Below the pieces are notes generated by a model. It saw only the letters and a program-made list of their open reading frames with translations, searched no databases and had not been told where the DNA came from. A program made the translations under genes and the position numbers. Positions 1-9,068 of a stretch of DNA of 64,000 nucleotides are shown here, piece after piece. Numbering within the stretch: the first letter of the stretch is position 1; the number at the start of each line of letters is the position of its first letter. This stretch comes from Clostridium sp. CAG:354_28_25 (lineage in GTDB: Bacteria; Bacillota; Clostridia; TANB77; CAG-508). The stretch lies in the NCBI GenBank assembly GCA_001915925.1, contig MNRL01000010.1:6140-70139 (forward strand). Direction: 5' to 3'.

Positions 1-825
1 AAAGCAACTTCAACTTCTACAGGTTATACATTAAGTGGATTACCAGCAGGTAGATATATTGTTATATTTAAATATGATAGAAATATATATAAAATAACAA
101 ACTATAGACAAGAAGGAGTAAACGATACATTAAGTTCTAAAGCAATTGCTGGAACAGCTACTATAGGAGGAAATTTAGAATATGTTGGAATGACAGATGT
201 AATAGAAATAACAAATAGTAATATTAATTCTATAAATATGGGATTAATAAAATTAGGAAATTTTGATGTTTCTATAGAGAAATCGCTTAGCAGAATTAGA
301 ACAGTAAATCCAAAAGGTAAAGAACAAAATTATAGTTATGACAAAGGAACAAGAATAGGAAAATTAGAAGTTGCAGCTAGAAATTTAGTTGGAACAGAAG
401 TAATGGTAGAATACACTATCAAAATATCAAACTTAGGTGAATCTAAGGCATATATATCAGAAATTATAGATGAATTACCAGAAGATTTAGAATTTGATGC
501 ATCATCAAATAGCGGTTGGTATGAAGAAGGCGGAAAACTTCGTTATACAAATTTAAGTGAAATAGAAGTAGGACAAACAAGAGAAATTAAACTAATTGCA
601 ACAATAAAACTAACAAATGATAATTTAGGAATAATTAATAATGTTGCAACAATTAATGCAACAGATGGTAATAATATACAAGAAAGCAATACGCAGAATA
701 ATACATCAAATGCACAATTAATTATAGGAACAAGTACAGGTAGAATAGTATTAAATATCTTAGGAATGGTTGCTTTATTAGCAATAATTGGAGTAGGACT
801 ATTTATAATTAAGAAATATAGATAA
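1..825 (+). CDS. 3' part of a large surface protein gene (5' end lies outside the window): Cna B-like beta-sandwich end, DUF11-type repeat, C-terminal TM anchor with KKYR tail
   Basis: Frame 1 is open from nt 1 (KATSTSTGYTLSGLPAGRYIVIFKY...) into the listed 190..825 ORF. DUF11-like motif TEVMVEYTIKISNLGES...IDELPEDLEF. Terminal hydrophobic helix LNILGMVALLAIIGVGLFII followed by KKYR and a stop. Confidence 0.6.
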   Translation, partial: KATSTSTGYTLSGLPAGRYIVIFKYDRNIYKITNYRQEGVNDTLSSKAIAGTATIGGNLEYVGMTDVIEITNSNINSINMGLIKLGNFDVSIEKSLSRIRTVNPKGKEQNYSYDKGTRIGKLEVAARNLVGTEVMVEYTIKISNLGESKAYISEIIDELPEDLEFDASSNSGWYEEGGKLRYTNLSEIEVGQTREIKLIATIKLTNDNLGIINNVATINATDGNNIQESNTQNNTSNAQLIIGTSTGRIVLNILGMVALLAIIGVGLFIIKKYR

Positions 826-842
826 TAGAGGGGAGGGAGAAA

Positions 843-3800
843 ATGAAAGTAATAAAGAGAATACTAATATGTTTGCTCATATTATTAGCTTATTATTTAT
901 TCTTTGGTTCGGGAAAAACATATGCCTATTATGTTGGACAAACAGGACTTAATATAATATTTGATAATCTAATAGAGTATGATCCATCACAACCATATAA
1001 CTGTACACAACAAGGAGAAAAGCCACTATGTGGTTCTGCTTCTGGTGGTTCACATTACTATCAAGTTATTTCTAGAACATGGTTATATGAAATAAGTAGA
1101 ACAGGTTCTGGAGCGAGTATTTCTTCTAATACTGGAAAAGTTAGCTGGAAGAAATATAATGATAGTACATACCAAATAGGTGCGTACAAAGTAAATTACA
1201 CAGGAAGTGTAACAAAAGTTGTTATAAGTACAGACAAAGGAACAGTAACATTAAATAATAATTCGACATCTAGTAATGGAAATTATAGTGTAAGCAATAT
1301 AGTTAGTGGTCAAAATTTTTACATATATGTAAAAAAATCAACAGGGGTAAAAGAGATTAAAAGTGTAACAGTATATGTTAGTGGAACATTATACGTAGAA
1401 TCACAATATAGATATGAATTACATTGTTATGCAACTGGAGGTTCTCATGGTGGATATGGATGTTGGGATCCAAGCCAATGCCAGATATTAGAGTGTTGGG
1501 GAAGTGAAACAGATTCAGACACTGAAGAAGATCATGTTAAGCTTCCAGGAGCATTAGGAATAATAGAATTAAACATATATAAAAGAGATAAATATTTACC
1601 TGATGTAGGTGTACCTGGTGCTAAGTATGAATTGTGGAGTGATGGTAAAAAACAATATTCTGGAACAACAGATAGTAGTGGTCACTTACTATTAGACGAA
1701 GTATTAATAGGTGATTACATAATAAAAGAAGTATATGTGCCATATGGATTTGAAATTGAAGGATATGCAACTATGAATGGCAAAAAATTTACAGACCTTA
1801 CAAATATGAAGGTAAATTTAGATGATGATTCTACTATGTATGTATATAATGAAAGTTATATAGATATAGGTGGTATAGTATTCTTAGATGCTAAAACAGG
1901 AAAAGCAAATGGACCACCTAATGGATATTATGATAGCGGAGATAAAGTTGTAGAAGGAATAGAAGTAAAACTTTACCGAGCAGATAACAATCAAGAATTA
2001 GAAACTAGATATACAGATTCTAATGGAAAATACGAGTTTAAACATCGTACAAAAGCATATAATTATTATATAAGATTTAAATATAACGGACAGATTTATG
2101 AGGCAACAACGTATAATGAAACATCAGCAGCAGCAAAATTTAGATCATATGCAACAGAAGGATTAAATGAAAGACGTACATTTAATAACAAATTTACTCC
2201 AGTAAACGCAAATCATACAGTTCCAAAATGGACAGATACATCAAATAGTGCATTTAATATTTATGCATATACTGGTGCTGATGGACCAAACAATAAAAAG
2301 ACATATGGAAAAAATAATACGACAGACGAATTAAAAAATATCAATTTGGGTATTAAAGAAAGAGATATATTTGATTTAAACTTAAGAAAAGATTTAGTAA
2401 ATGTTGATGTATCAATAAATGGTAAGAGTCATACATATGATTATAATGGAGAGGGAGAAGATTTAGAAGTAACGATAAGAGGTACAGATATACCAGATTA
2501 TGAAAGACAACTAAGAAAAACAGATTTACAATATAAATCAGCTGCACAATATGATTCTGATCCAGATAAATTACAAGTATATGTAACATATAAAATACAG
2601 ATAAAGAACCAATCAGTTGGTAAAATTACGGGATATGTACTAGACTTAAATGACTATGCAGATACATCATATCAATTAGTAAATTCTTATGATGAAAATG
2701 GAAAAGCCATAAATTGGAGTTCTTCTGGTAGTGTATCTGGAAATGGTAAGACATATAATAAAATACATACAACAAGTTTATCAAATGTAGGAATAACAGA
2801 TAAAAAATGGATTTTTATGCAATATAAAGTTTCATATGACACCTTAAGAGAACTATTATCGAAAGGTGAAACAACCGAAGAAAATTATGCAGAAATTGCA
2901 GGATATAAGAACACATACACAGATACAAGAAAAGATACAGAGGGAAGGGTAATGGCAAATGCAGGAGAAAATGCAGGATTAATAGACTGCGACTCAACAC
3001 CAGACAACATGAACCCAACATCTTCTAATGTTCAAAACTTTGTAAAACAATCTAAGACAGATGCTTACCAAAGCCTAAAAGGAGACGAAAAATCAAAACG
3101 TAGTATGGCAGTATTTGAGGATGATGCAGATGTTGCACCTGGCTTAAAACTTATAAGAGATGATACACCAAGAACAATATCAGGTACTGTATTCGAGGAT
3201 TCACCACTTGAAGATAAATTAAATAATAATGAAAGAATTGGTGATGGACAATATACAAGTGGAGAAAATATTGTAAATAAAGTAAAAGTAGAATTACTTT
3301 GCCAAAACAATGAAGATGTTGATACTTTAAATAAAGTAGAGACAAGAAGTAATCAAGATGGAAGTTACACGTTATCAGGATATATTCCAGGAGATTATCT
3401 AATTAAATTTACTTATGGTGATAAGGAGTGCTTAATAAATCCTCAAAAGAATAATCAAATGTATACAGGTCAAGACTATAAATCTACAATTTATACAGAA
3501 GGAGATTACAAAGATTTATACTGGTATAATAATACCTCACCACGTAAGAATGATGCGGTTGATGATTATGAAGGTAGAAGACAAGTAGTAAATTCTTATA
3601 GTAAAGATTACAAATATGATATTGCAAAAGTGCTAAATGCAACAAGAACAAATAATTCTGATTTATTGGAAACGTTAGCAGAGAAAACGTATATGACTGC
3701 AAATACAGCTAAAATGGCGATGGAAATAGAGTACTTAAAAGATGAAAAAACATCATATAAAGTACAAAATGTGGATTTTGGTATTATAGAAAGACCAAGA

Positions 3801-4763
3801 ACAAAGATTGTACTAGGAAAAAATGTATCACATATTAAATTGACATCAACAGATGGTACAACGATATTTGATACAAACCAATCAACCTCAAACTTAACAT
3901 GGAAAGAAAACAAATATAATGATAGAGGAAATATGGTATCTACTGGATTAGTACAAGGTACTGTAGATGAAAACTTACTATATGGTTCAACTTTAAATGT
4001 ACGATATACTTTAGAGATAAGAAACCATAGTGAAGTAGACTATAACGAAAAATCATATTATGTTACAGGTGTAGTTAAAGATAGAAGTACAATGAATAGA
4101 ATTGAGCCTACTAGTGTAATTGAATATGTGCCAAATGTATTACAATATGATGTAGAACTTACAAAAGCAAATGGAAAGGTAACGATAAATAATACAACTG
4201 CAACAGGAAACAATTCTGTATCAGAATGGGGAATAGAAGGCAATAATGACTTGTGGCAAATTCTTGCAAGCAAGAGAGAAAATAAGAACCTTCCAGATTC
4301 TTATAGAGATACTTTATTAGAGGCAGGAGCATTTGACGAAGCTAATAAAACTATAGACGAAATTTTGGTTACAGATTTAAATGGTGTAAAAGCAAAATTA
4401 GCAAGAAATGATAAAATAAACTTAACTGATGTCTTAACTCTTACAAGAGTTATTGCAAGAACAGAAGATACATCAAATGCTGATGAAATACAGAATATAG
4501 CAGAAGTTATAAGATTAACTATAGATAATGGTAGAAGACCATATTATGAAGATACTTCTAATAAGGAAGTAGTAGAAATTCCAGGTAATACATATCCATC
4601 AACACTTAAAAATATAGAAGAGGTGGATACTGGACGAGCAGAAGTATTAACATTTGTTGTACCATTTGGTGCAAACAGACAGTTAACATTAATAGTTATT
4701 GCTATAGTAAGCTTAGGAATATTGGTAGCAGGAATTGTAGTAATAAAGAAGAAAGTTTTATAG
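843..4763 (+). CDS. Large secreted/anchored surface protein (1306 aa): signal peptide, several Cna B / SdrD-B-like (prealbumin-fold) domains, C-terminal TM anchor with KKKVL tail, no LPXTG
   Basis: RBS GAGGGGAGGGAG 5 nt upstream of the ATG. N-terminus MKVIKRILICLLILLAYYLFFGSGKTYA looks like a signal peptide. Cna B-like segments (PGAKYELWSDGKKQYSGTTDSSGHLLLDEVLIGDYIIKEVYVPYGFE; ISGTVFEDSPLEDK...SYTLSGYIPGDYLIKFTYG). C-terminal hydrophobic LTLIVIAIVSLGILVAGIVVI + KKKVL. Confidence 0.7.
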   Translation: MKVIKRILICLLILLAYYLFFGSGKTYAYYVGQTGLNIIFDNLIEYDPSQPYNCTQQGEKPLCGSASGGSHYYQVISRTWLYEISRTGSGASISSNTGKVSWKKYNDSTYQIGAYKVNYTGSVTKVVISTDKGTVTLNNNSTSSNGNYSVSNIVSGQNFYIYVKKSTGVKEIKSVTVYVSGTLYVESQYRYELHCYATGGSHGGYGCWDPSQCQILECWGSETDSDTEEDHVKLPGALGIIELNIYKRDKYLPDVGVPGAKYELWSDGKKQYSGTTDSSGHLLLDEVLIGDYIIKEVYVPYGFEIEGYATMNGKKFTDLTNMKVNLDDDSTMYVYNESYIDIGGIVFLDAKTGKANGPPNGYYDSGDKVVEGIEVKLYRADNNQELETRYTDSNGKYEFKHRTKAYNYYIRFKYNGQIYEATTYNETSAAAKFRSYATEGLNERRTFNNKFTPVNANHTVPKWTDTSNSAFNIYAYTGADGPNNKKTYGKNNTTDELKNINLGIKERDIFDLNLRKDLVNVDVSINGKSHTYDYNGEGEDLEVTIRGTDIPDYERQLRKTDLQYKSAAQYDSDPDKLQVYVTYKIQIKNQSVGKITGYVLDLNDYADTSYQLVNSYDENGKAINWSSSGSVSGNGKTYNKIHTTSLSNVGITDKKWIFMQYKVSYDTLRELLSKGETTEENYAEIAGYKNTYTDTRKDTEGRVMANAGENAGLIDCDSTPDNMNPTSSNVQNFVKQSKTDAYQSLKGDEKSKRSMAVFEDDADVAPGLKLIRDDTPRTISGTVFEDSPLEDKLNNNERIGDGQYTSGENIVNKVKVELLCQNNEDVDTLNKVETRSNQDGSYTLSGYIPGDYLIKFTYGDKECLINPQKNNQMYTGQDYKSTIYTEGDYKDLYWYNNTSPRKNDAVDDYEGRRQVVNSYSKDYKYDIAKVLNATRTNNSDLLETLAEKTYMTANTAKMAMEIEYLKDEKTSYKVQNVDFGIIERPRTKIVLGKNVSHIKLTSTDGTTIFDTNQSTSNLTWKENKYNDRGNMVSTGLVQGTVDENLLYGSTLNVRYTLEIRNHSEVDYNEKSYYVTGVVKDRSTMNRIEPTSVIEYVPNVLQYDVELTKANGKVTINNTTATGNNSVSEWGIEGNNDLWQILASKRENKNLPDSYRDTLLEAGAFDEANKTIDEILVTDLNGVKAKLARNDKINLTDVLTLTRVIARTEDTSNADEIQNIAEVIRLTIDNGRRPYYEDTSNKEVVEIPGNTYPSTLKNIEEVDTGRAEVLTFVVPFGANRQLTLIVIAIVSLGILVAGIVVIKKKVL

Positions 4764-4818
4764 TAAGAACTTGACAAAGAAATAAAAAATATGTAAACTT
4801 AATAATAGGAGTTTAATA

Positions 4819-4847
4819 GGAGCTTTAGTATTAAAGCTCCTATATTT
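4819..4847 (+). terminator. Rho-independent terminator after the 843..4763 gene
   Basis: Perfect 9-bp inverted repeat GGAGCTTTA-gtat-TAAAGCTCC followed by TATATTT. Confidence 0.6.
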
Positions 4848-4855
4848 AACAATGA

Positions 4856-4883
4856 GGGATTTGGGGGACGATCCTAAAATCCC
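4856..4883. repeat. Intergenic GC-rich palindromic repeat unit (family copy a): GGGATTTGGGGGACGATCCTAAAATCCC
   Basis: Arms GGGATTT / AAATCCC are reverse complements around a GGGGACGRTCC core. Near-identical units recur at 8095, 11307, 25838-25936, 40231-40355 and 50629-50699. Confidence 0.7.
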
Positions 4884-4930
4884 TTTTTGAATTCACAAGG
4901 CAAACAAAAAGAGTAGGAGGGGTTTATAAT

Positions 4931-5884
4931 ATGATAAAACTATATAATACAAACTTGGAAACAAATAAACTAGAAAGTGTAGATACATATACAAGAGGAA
5001 CATGGATACATATGGTAGATCCTTCGGAAGAAGAAATAAAAGAAGTTTGCCAAAATGTTAATATAAAAGAAGATTTTATAAGATATGCACTAGATAATGA
5101 AGAAAAAGCCAGAATTGACGTAGAAGACGAAGATGACACAATATTATTCATTATAGACATACCAGTTACTGAGAAATCACAAAGTGGTGGATATATGTAT
5201 GCAACAATGCCTATAGGTATGATTGTAGTAAGAGATGATTTTTTCATAACAGTAACTTTAAGAGAATGTAGTTTAATAAAAAAATTTGAAACTGGAAAAG
5301 TAAAAAGTTTTTGTACATATAAAAAGAGTAGATTTATTTTACAAATGATGTATAACAATTCTTCAGATTATCTAGAATACCTAAAAAAGATTAATAAAGA
5401 AACAGAAATTGCAGAAAATGTATTAAAAAATTCCATGAAAAATAGAGAATTATTAAAATTACTAAGTTTAGAGAAATCTTTAGTATATATAACAACATCA
5501 TTAAGATCAAATGAAGCGGTTATGGAAAGAACTTTAAAAATAAAGAATATAAAATTATATGATGAAGATGAAGACATTTTAGAAGATGCAATAATAGAAA
5601 ATAAACAAGCTATAGAAATGAGTAAAGTGTATAGCGATATCTTAAATGGTACAATGGATGCATATGCTTCTATAATATCAAACAACTTAAATGGGGTTAT
5701 GAAATCATTAACTTCAATTACTATAATAATTGCAGTACCAACAATGATTGCAAGCTTTTGGGGGATGAATGTAAAATTACCGTTTGAGGGAAATATATTG
5801 GGATTCTGGATAATGATTTTTATAGCAACATTGCTTACTATTATTTCTGTAGTATGGTTAAAAAAGAAGGATATGCTAAATTAA
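4931..5884 (+). CDS. corA: Magnesium/cobalt transporter CorA
   Basis: RBS AGGAGGGG upstream of the ATG. C-terminal two-TM region contains the CorA signature F-W-GMN-V-KLP (ASFWGMNVKLPFEG). Acidic N-terminal cytoplasmic domain and length (317 aa) are typical. Confidence 0.85.
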   Translation: MIKLYNTNLETNKLESVDTYTRGTWIHMVDPSEEEIKEVCQNVNIKEDFIRYALDNEEKARIDVEDEDDTILFIIDIPVTEKSQSGGYMYATMPIGMIVVRDDFFITVTLRECSLIKKFETGKVKSFCTYKKSRFILQMMYNNSSDYLEYLKKINKETEIAENVLKNSMKNRELLKLLSLEKSLVYITTSLRSNEAVMERTLKIKNIKLYDEDEDILEDAIIENKQAIEMSKVYSDILNGTMDAYASIISNNLNGVMKSLTSITIIIAVPTMIASFWGMNVKLPFEGNILGFWIMIFIATLLTIISVVWLKKKDMLN

Positions 5885-5898
5885 TTTAAATAGCGGAC

Positions 5899-5929
5899 AC
5901 AAAATTTATAGTATAGGGGTAAATTTTGT
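5899..5929 (+). terminator. Possible weak terminator hairpin after corA
   Basis: ACAAAATTT-13 nt loop-AAATTTTGT perfect 9-bp AT-rich stem, followed by ATCTGCTTTTATT. Confidence 0.3.
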
Positions 5930-5974
5930 ATCTGCTTTTATTGATTTAATAATAAAATAAGAAGGAGAAAACAA

Positions 5975-6445
5975 ATGAAAAGTAATAAGTTAGATAAAGT
6001 ATATTTAGTAGTGTTTTTAATATTAGAATTTATAATATTTTTTGTGTTTAAATACTTTGATATTTCAGATATTAAAATATTTATAATTACACAACTAGTT
6101 TTTGTAATATTGTTTAGCATATTGTATTTCGTGATAACTTTATTTATAGAAAAACTAGCATCACGTAAGTTTTGCATAAAATATAATAAAATAATGAGAG
6201 AATATCAAAAAAGTGATAATGCTAAAATATTTTATGATAAGCTAAAAAATATGAAGGAAAAGCCTATAGGTGATGATATACAAAACACATACTTTTTAAG
6301 TTTAGCAACAGCAGCATATAAAAATGGAGAAAATGAAGAAGCACTAAAATATTTAGATATGATAAAAACAGACGATGTGCATATTTTAAAAGTAATAGAA
6401 GACGAAAGACAAACAATATTGGGAAAAGGTAAAAATAGAGCCTAA
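5975..6445 (+). CDS. Hypothetical small membrane protein (2 N-terminal TM helices, TPR-like C-terminal segment)
   Basis: RBS AAGGAGAAAAC upstream of the ATG. Hydrophobic N-terminal half (LVVFLILEFIIFFVF; LVFVILFSILYFVITLFI). C-terminal YFLSLATAAYKNGENEEALKYLDMIK looks TPR-like. Confidence 0.5.
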   Translation: MKSNKLDKVYLVVFLILEFIIFFVFKYFDISDIKIFIITQLVFVILFSILYFVITLFIEKLASRKFCIKYNKIMREYQKSDNAKIFYDKLKNMKEKPIGDDIQNTYFLSLATAAYKNGENEEALKYLDMIKTDDVHILKVIEDERQTILGKGKNRA

Positions 6446-6504
6446 AGTTGTAAAATTATAATAAATGGTATATAATAATGCAAGCTAAAAAAGGAGGAGA
6501 AAAT

Positions 6505-8088
6505 ATGTTATCTGTAAATGGTGTAACAGTGCGCTTTGGCAAAAGAATATTATTTGAAGATGTAAACATTAAATTTGGAAAAGGAAATTGCTATGGAATA
6601 ATTGGAGCAAATGGTGCAGGGAAATCTACATTTTTAAAAGTACTTTCTGGTGAACTAGAACCAAGCAAAGGAGATGTAACAGTAGATAAAGGAGAGAGAA
6701 TATCTATTTTAAAACAAGATCACTTTGCATATGACGAATATAATGTATTAGATGCTGTTATAATGGGGAACCAAGAATTATACAGTATTATGAAAGAAAA
6801 AGAAGAAATCTATGCTAAAGAAGATTTTTCAGAAGAAGATGGAATGAAAGCTGCGAAATTAGAAGAACGATTTGCAGAACTAGACGGCTGGAATGCGGAA
6901 ACAAATGCAGCAACTTTATTAAATGATTTAGGAATATCTCCAGAAAATCATTATAAACAAATGAAAGAAATTGAAGATAGGGAAAAGGTAAAGATATTAC
7001 TTGCACAAAGTTTATTTGGAAATCCAGATATATTATTATTAGACGAGCCTACAAACGATTTGGATTTAAAGACTATTCAATGGTTAGAAGAATTCTTAAT
7101 AAATTTTGAAAATACAGTAATTGTAGTATCACACGACAGATATTTCTTAAATAAAGTATGTACACATATCGCAGATGTGGATTTTGGGAAGATTAAAGTA
7201 TACCCAGGAAACTACGATTTCTGGTACGAATCTAGCCAGTTAGCATTAAAACAAATGAAAGATGCAAATAAGAAGAAAGAAGAAAAGATAAAAGAATTAC
7301 AAGAATTTATTGCACGTTTTAGTGCTAATGCATCTAAATCAAAACAAGCTACATCAAGAAAGAAATCGTTAGAAAAGATTCAATTAGACGAAATAAAGCC
7401 ATCAAATAGAAGATATCCATATATAGATTTTAAACCAGACAGGGAACCAGGAAAAGATATTTTAACAGTTAAGAATTTAAGTAAAACTGTAGATGGCGAG
7501 AAAGTATTAGATAATGTATCTTTTACAGTAAAAACAGATAATAAGATTGCTATAATTGCAGATAACGAAAATGCAAGAACAACATTGTTCCAAATACTTG
7601 CAGGAGAATTAGAGCCAGATGAAGGAGAAGTATCATTCGGGACAACTATAACTAAAGCATATTTCCCAAAAGATAATAGCTACTTGTTTACTCAAGATTT
7701 AAGTATAACAGACTGGCTAAGGCAATACTCTAAAGACCCAGACGAAACATATGTAAGAAGCTTTTTAGGTAGAATGTTATTCTCTGGTGATGAAGCATTA
7801 AAAAATGTAAAAGTTTTATCTGGAGGGGAAAAGGTAAGATGTGTATTATCTAAATTAATGTTATCAGGTGCAAACTTCTTGATTTTTGATGAACCAACAA
7901 ACCATTTAGATATGGAGAGTATTACTGCATTAAATGAAGGAATGGAAAGGTTTAAAGGAAATATGATATTTGCATCACATGACCATCAATTAATGCAAAC
8001 TGTAGCAAATAGAATAATAGATATTAAAAAAGACGGAAGCGTAGTAGACAAAGAATGTACTTATAACGAATACCTAGGCTTAGAATAG
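6505..8088 (+). CDS. ABC-F family ATPase (two fused ABC domains with inter-domain linker; EttA/YdiF/Uup-like translation factor)
   Basis: Two Walker A motifs (GANGAGKST; second domain IIADNENARTT), two signature/Walker B regions (LLLDEPTNDLD; LSGGEKVR...LIFDEPTNHLD) and a charged linker KKKEEKIKELQEFIARFSANASKSKQATSRKK. No TM domain. I prefer the ATG at 6505 (RBS AAGGAGGAG) over the ORF-track start at 6478. Confidence 0.85.
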   Translation: MLSVNGVTVRFGKRILFEDVNIKFGKGNCYGIIGANGAGKSTFLKVLSGELEPSKGDVTVDKGERISILKQDHFAYDEYNVLDAVIMGNQELYSIMKEKEEIYAKEDFSEEDGMKAAKLEERFAELDGWNAETNAATLLNDLGISPENHYKQMKEIEDREKVKILLAQSLFGNPDILLLDEPTNDLDLKTIQWLEEFLINFENTVIVVSHDRYFLNKVCTHIADVDFGKIKVYPGNYDFWYESSQLALKQMKDANKKKEEKIKELQEFIARFSANASKSKQATSRKKSLEKIQLDEIKPSNRRYPYIDFKPDREPGKDILTVKNLSKTVDGEKVLDNVSFTVKTDNKIAIIADNENARTTLFQILAGELEPDEGEVSFGTTITKAYFPKDNSYLFTQDLSITDWLRQYSKDPDETYVRSFLGRMLFSGDEALKNVKVLSGGEKVRCVLSKLMLSGANFLIFDEPTNHLDMESITALNEGMERFKGNMIFASHDHQLMQTVANRIIDIKKDGSVVDKECTYNEYLGLE

Positions 8089-8094
8089 AAAATA

Positions 8095-8121
8095 GGGATT
8101 TGGGGACGGTGCTAGAATCCC
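8095..8121. repeat. Intergenic palindromic repeat unit (copy b): GGGATTTGGGGACGGTGCTAGAATCCC, with a degenerate second copy at about 8127..8157
   Basis: Same family as 4856..4883. Starts 7 nt after the ABC-F stop codon. Confidence 0.65.
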
Positions 8122-8172
8122 AGTAAAAGGGAAAAGAGGGAGTTCTCTAAATCTCGGGGGAGATAAATTACT

Positions 8173-9015
8173 ATGAAAATACATCCTAAAACAAATGAAT
8201 TTTTAGAAGGAATAGAGGCTATGAGCCAATATATAGAAGAAGAAAAAGGAGTTGAGATACAGTATTTTGCTAAAGATGAAGAAAAATTAGTCGATTTCGA
8301 AGCAGAAAAACCAATAAGAAGACTTATGAAAAAATTTCCAGCTTTAGAAGAAATAACTGTACATCCACCTCTTTCTGGGTATGATATAGAGTTACTGTTA
8401 TATAAAAATAAAGATTTAATATATAGCGAGCTTAAGCAGTTAATAGACTTAGCTAATGAATATGGGATAAAAATAAATATTATATATCATACAGAATTTA
8501 TAATGAAAAAACATAAACTAACAACATTAGAAGATATTAAAGAAATTGCAGAATTTTTAAAAGGAACAAAAGTGACAATTTTTTTAGAAAATCTATTTAT
8601 GATGAGAGAAAGGTATTCATGTACAGTACTAGATTTATGTGAGCAAATAGATAGCCCCAATATTAGAGCATGTATAGATATATGCCACATATATTGCCAA
8701 GCAAAGATTTGGCATGAGCCAATGAAAGAATTTATAAAGAAATATTTAGATAAAGAAAAATGCAAAAAATATGTAGCACATATACATTTTTCGTCAACTA
8801 TAAATGATGATGGTTATATAGAGAGAAAGACACATGGAAGAAAACATGAAACGGGTGAAAAATTATTCGAAGACGCAAATATACTTTGTGAGTATGGTAT
8901 GACTGCGAAAGATATTAATTGGGTAACAGAAGTATCAGAAGAAGATTATGTCTTAAGACCGGATCAAATAAGTGAGATAGCGGGACTAAAAAAGTATAGA
9001 GAAAGCTTAGCATAA
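8173..9015 (+). CDS. Divergent AP-endonuclease family 2 / endonuclease IV (Nfo)-like TIM-barrel protein (xylose-isomerase-like fold)
   Basis: Blocks alignable to Nfo metal-binding motifs: ITVHPP (Nfo VHAPY), IFLENLFM (IALETM), IRACIDICHIY (SVCFDTCHTH), AHIHFSS...DG...HGRKHE (LHINDSK...DRHE). Confidence 0.45.
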   Translation: MKIHPKTNEFLEGIEAMSQYIEEEKGVEIQYFAKDEEKLVDFEAEKPIRRLMKKFPALEEITVHPPLSGYDIELLLYKNKDLIYSELKQLIDLANEYGIKINIIYHTEFIMKKHKLTTLEDIKEIAEFLKGTKVTIFLENLFMMRERYSCTVLDLCEQIDSPNIRACIDICHIYCQAKIWHEPMKEFIKKYLDKEKCKKYVAHIHFSSTINDDGYIERKTHGRKHETGEKLFEDANILCEYGMTAKDINWVTEVSEEDYVLRPDQISEIAGLKKYRESLA

Positions 9016-9068
9016 AATATCAGAAGATAAGAGGTATATTTATTTTTAGGAAGGAACATGGTAGTAGA

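Noticed and set aside
6478-6504. Upstream ATG at 6478 as the ABC-F start, and similarly 46760 (TTG) for the PHP gene, 48690 (GTG) for the AAA ATPase and 58195 (GTG) for the b-like gene
   Set aside because: In each case a downstream ATG (6505, 46784, 48699, 58204) has a properly spaced GGAGG-type RBS, whereas the upstream codon has none. The ends are unaffected.
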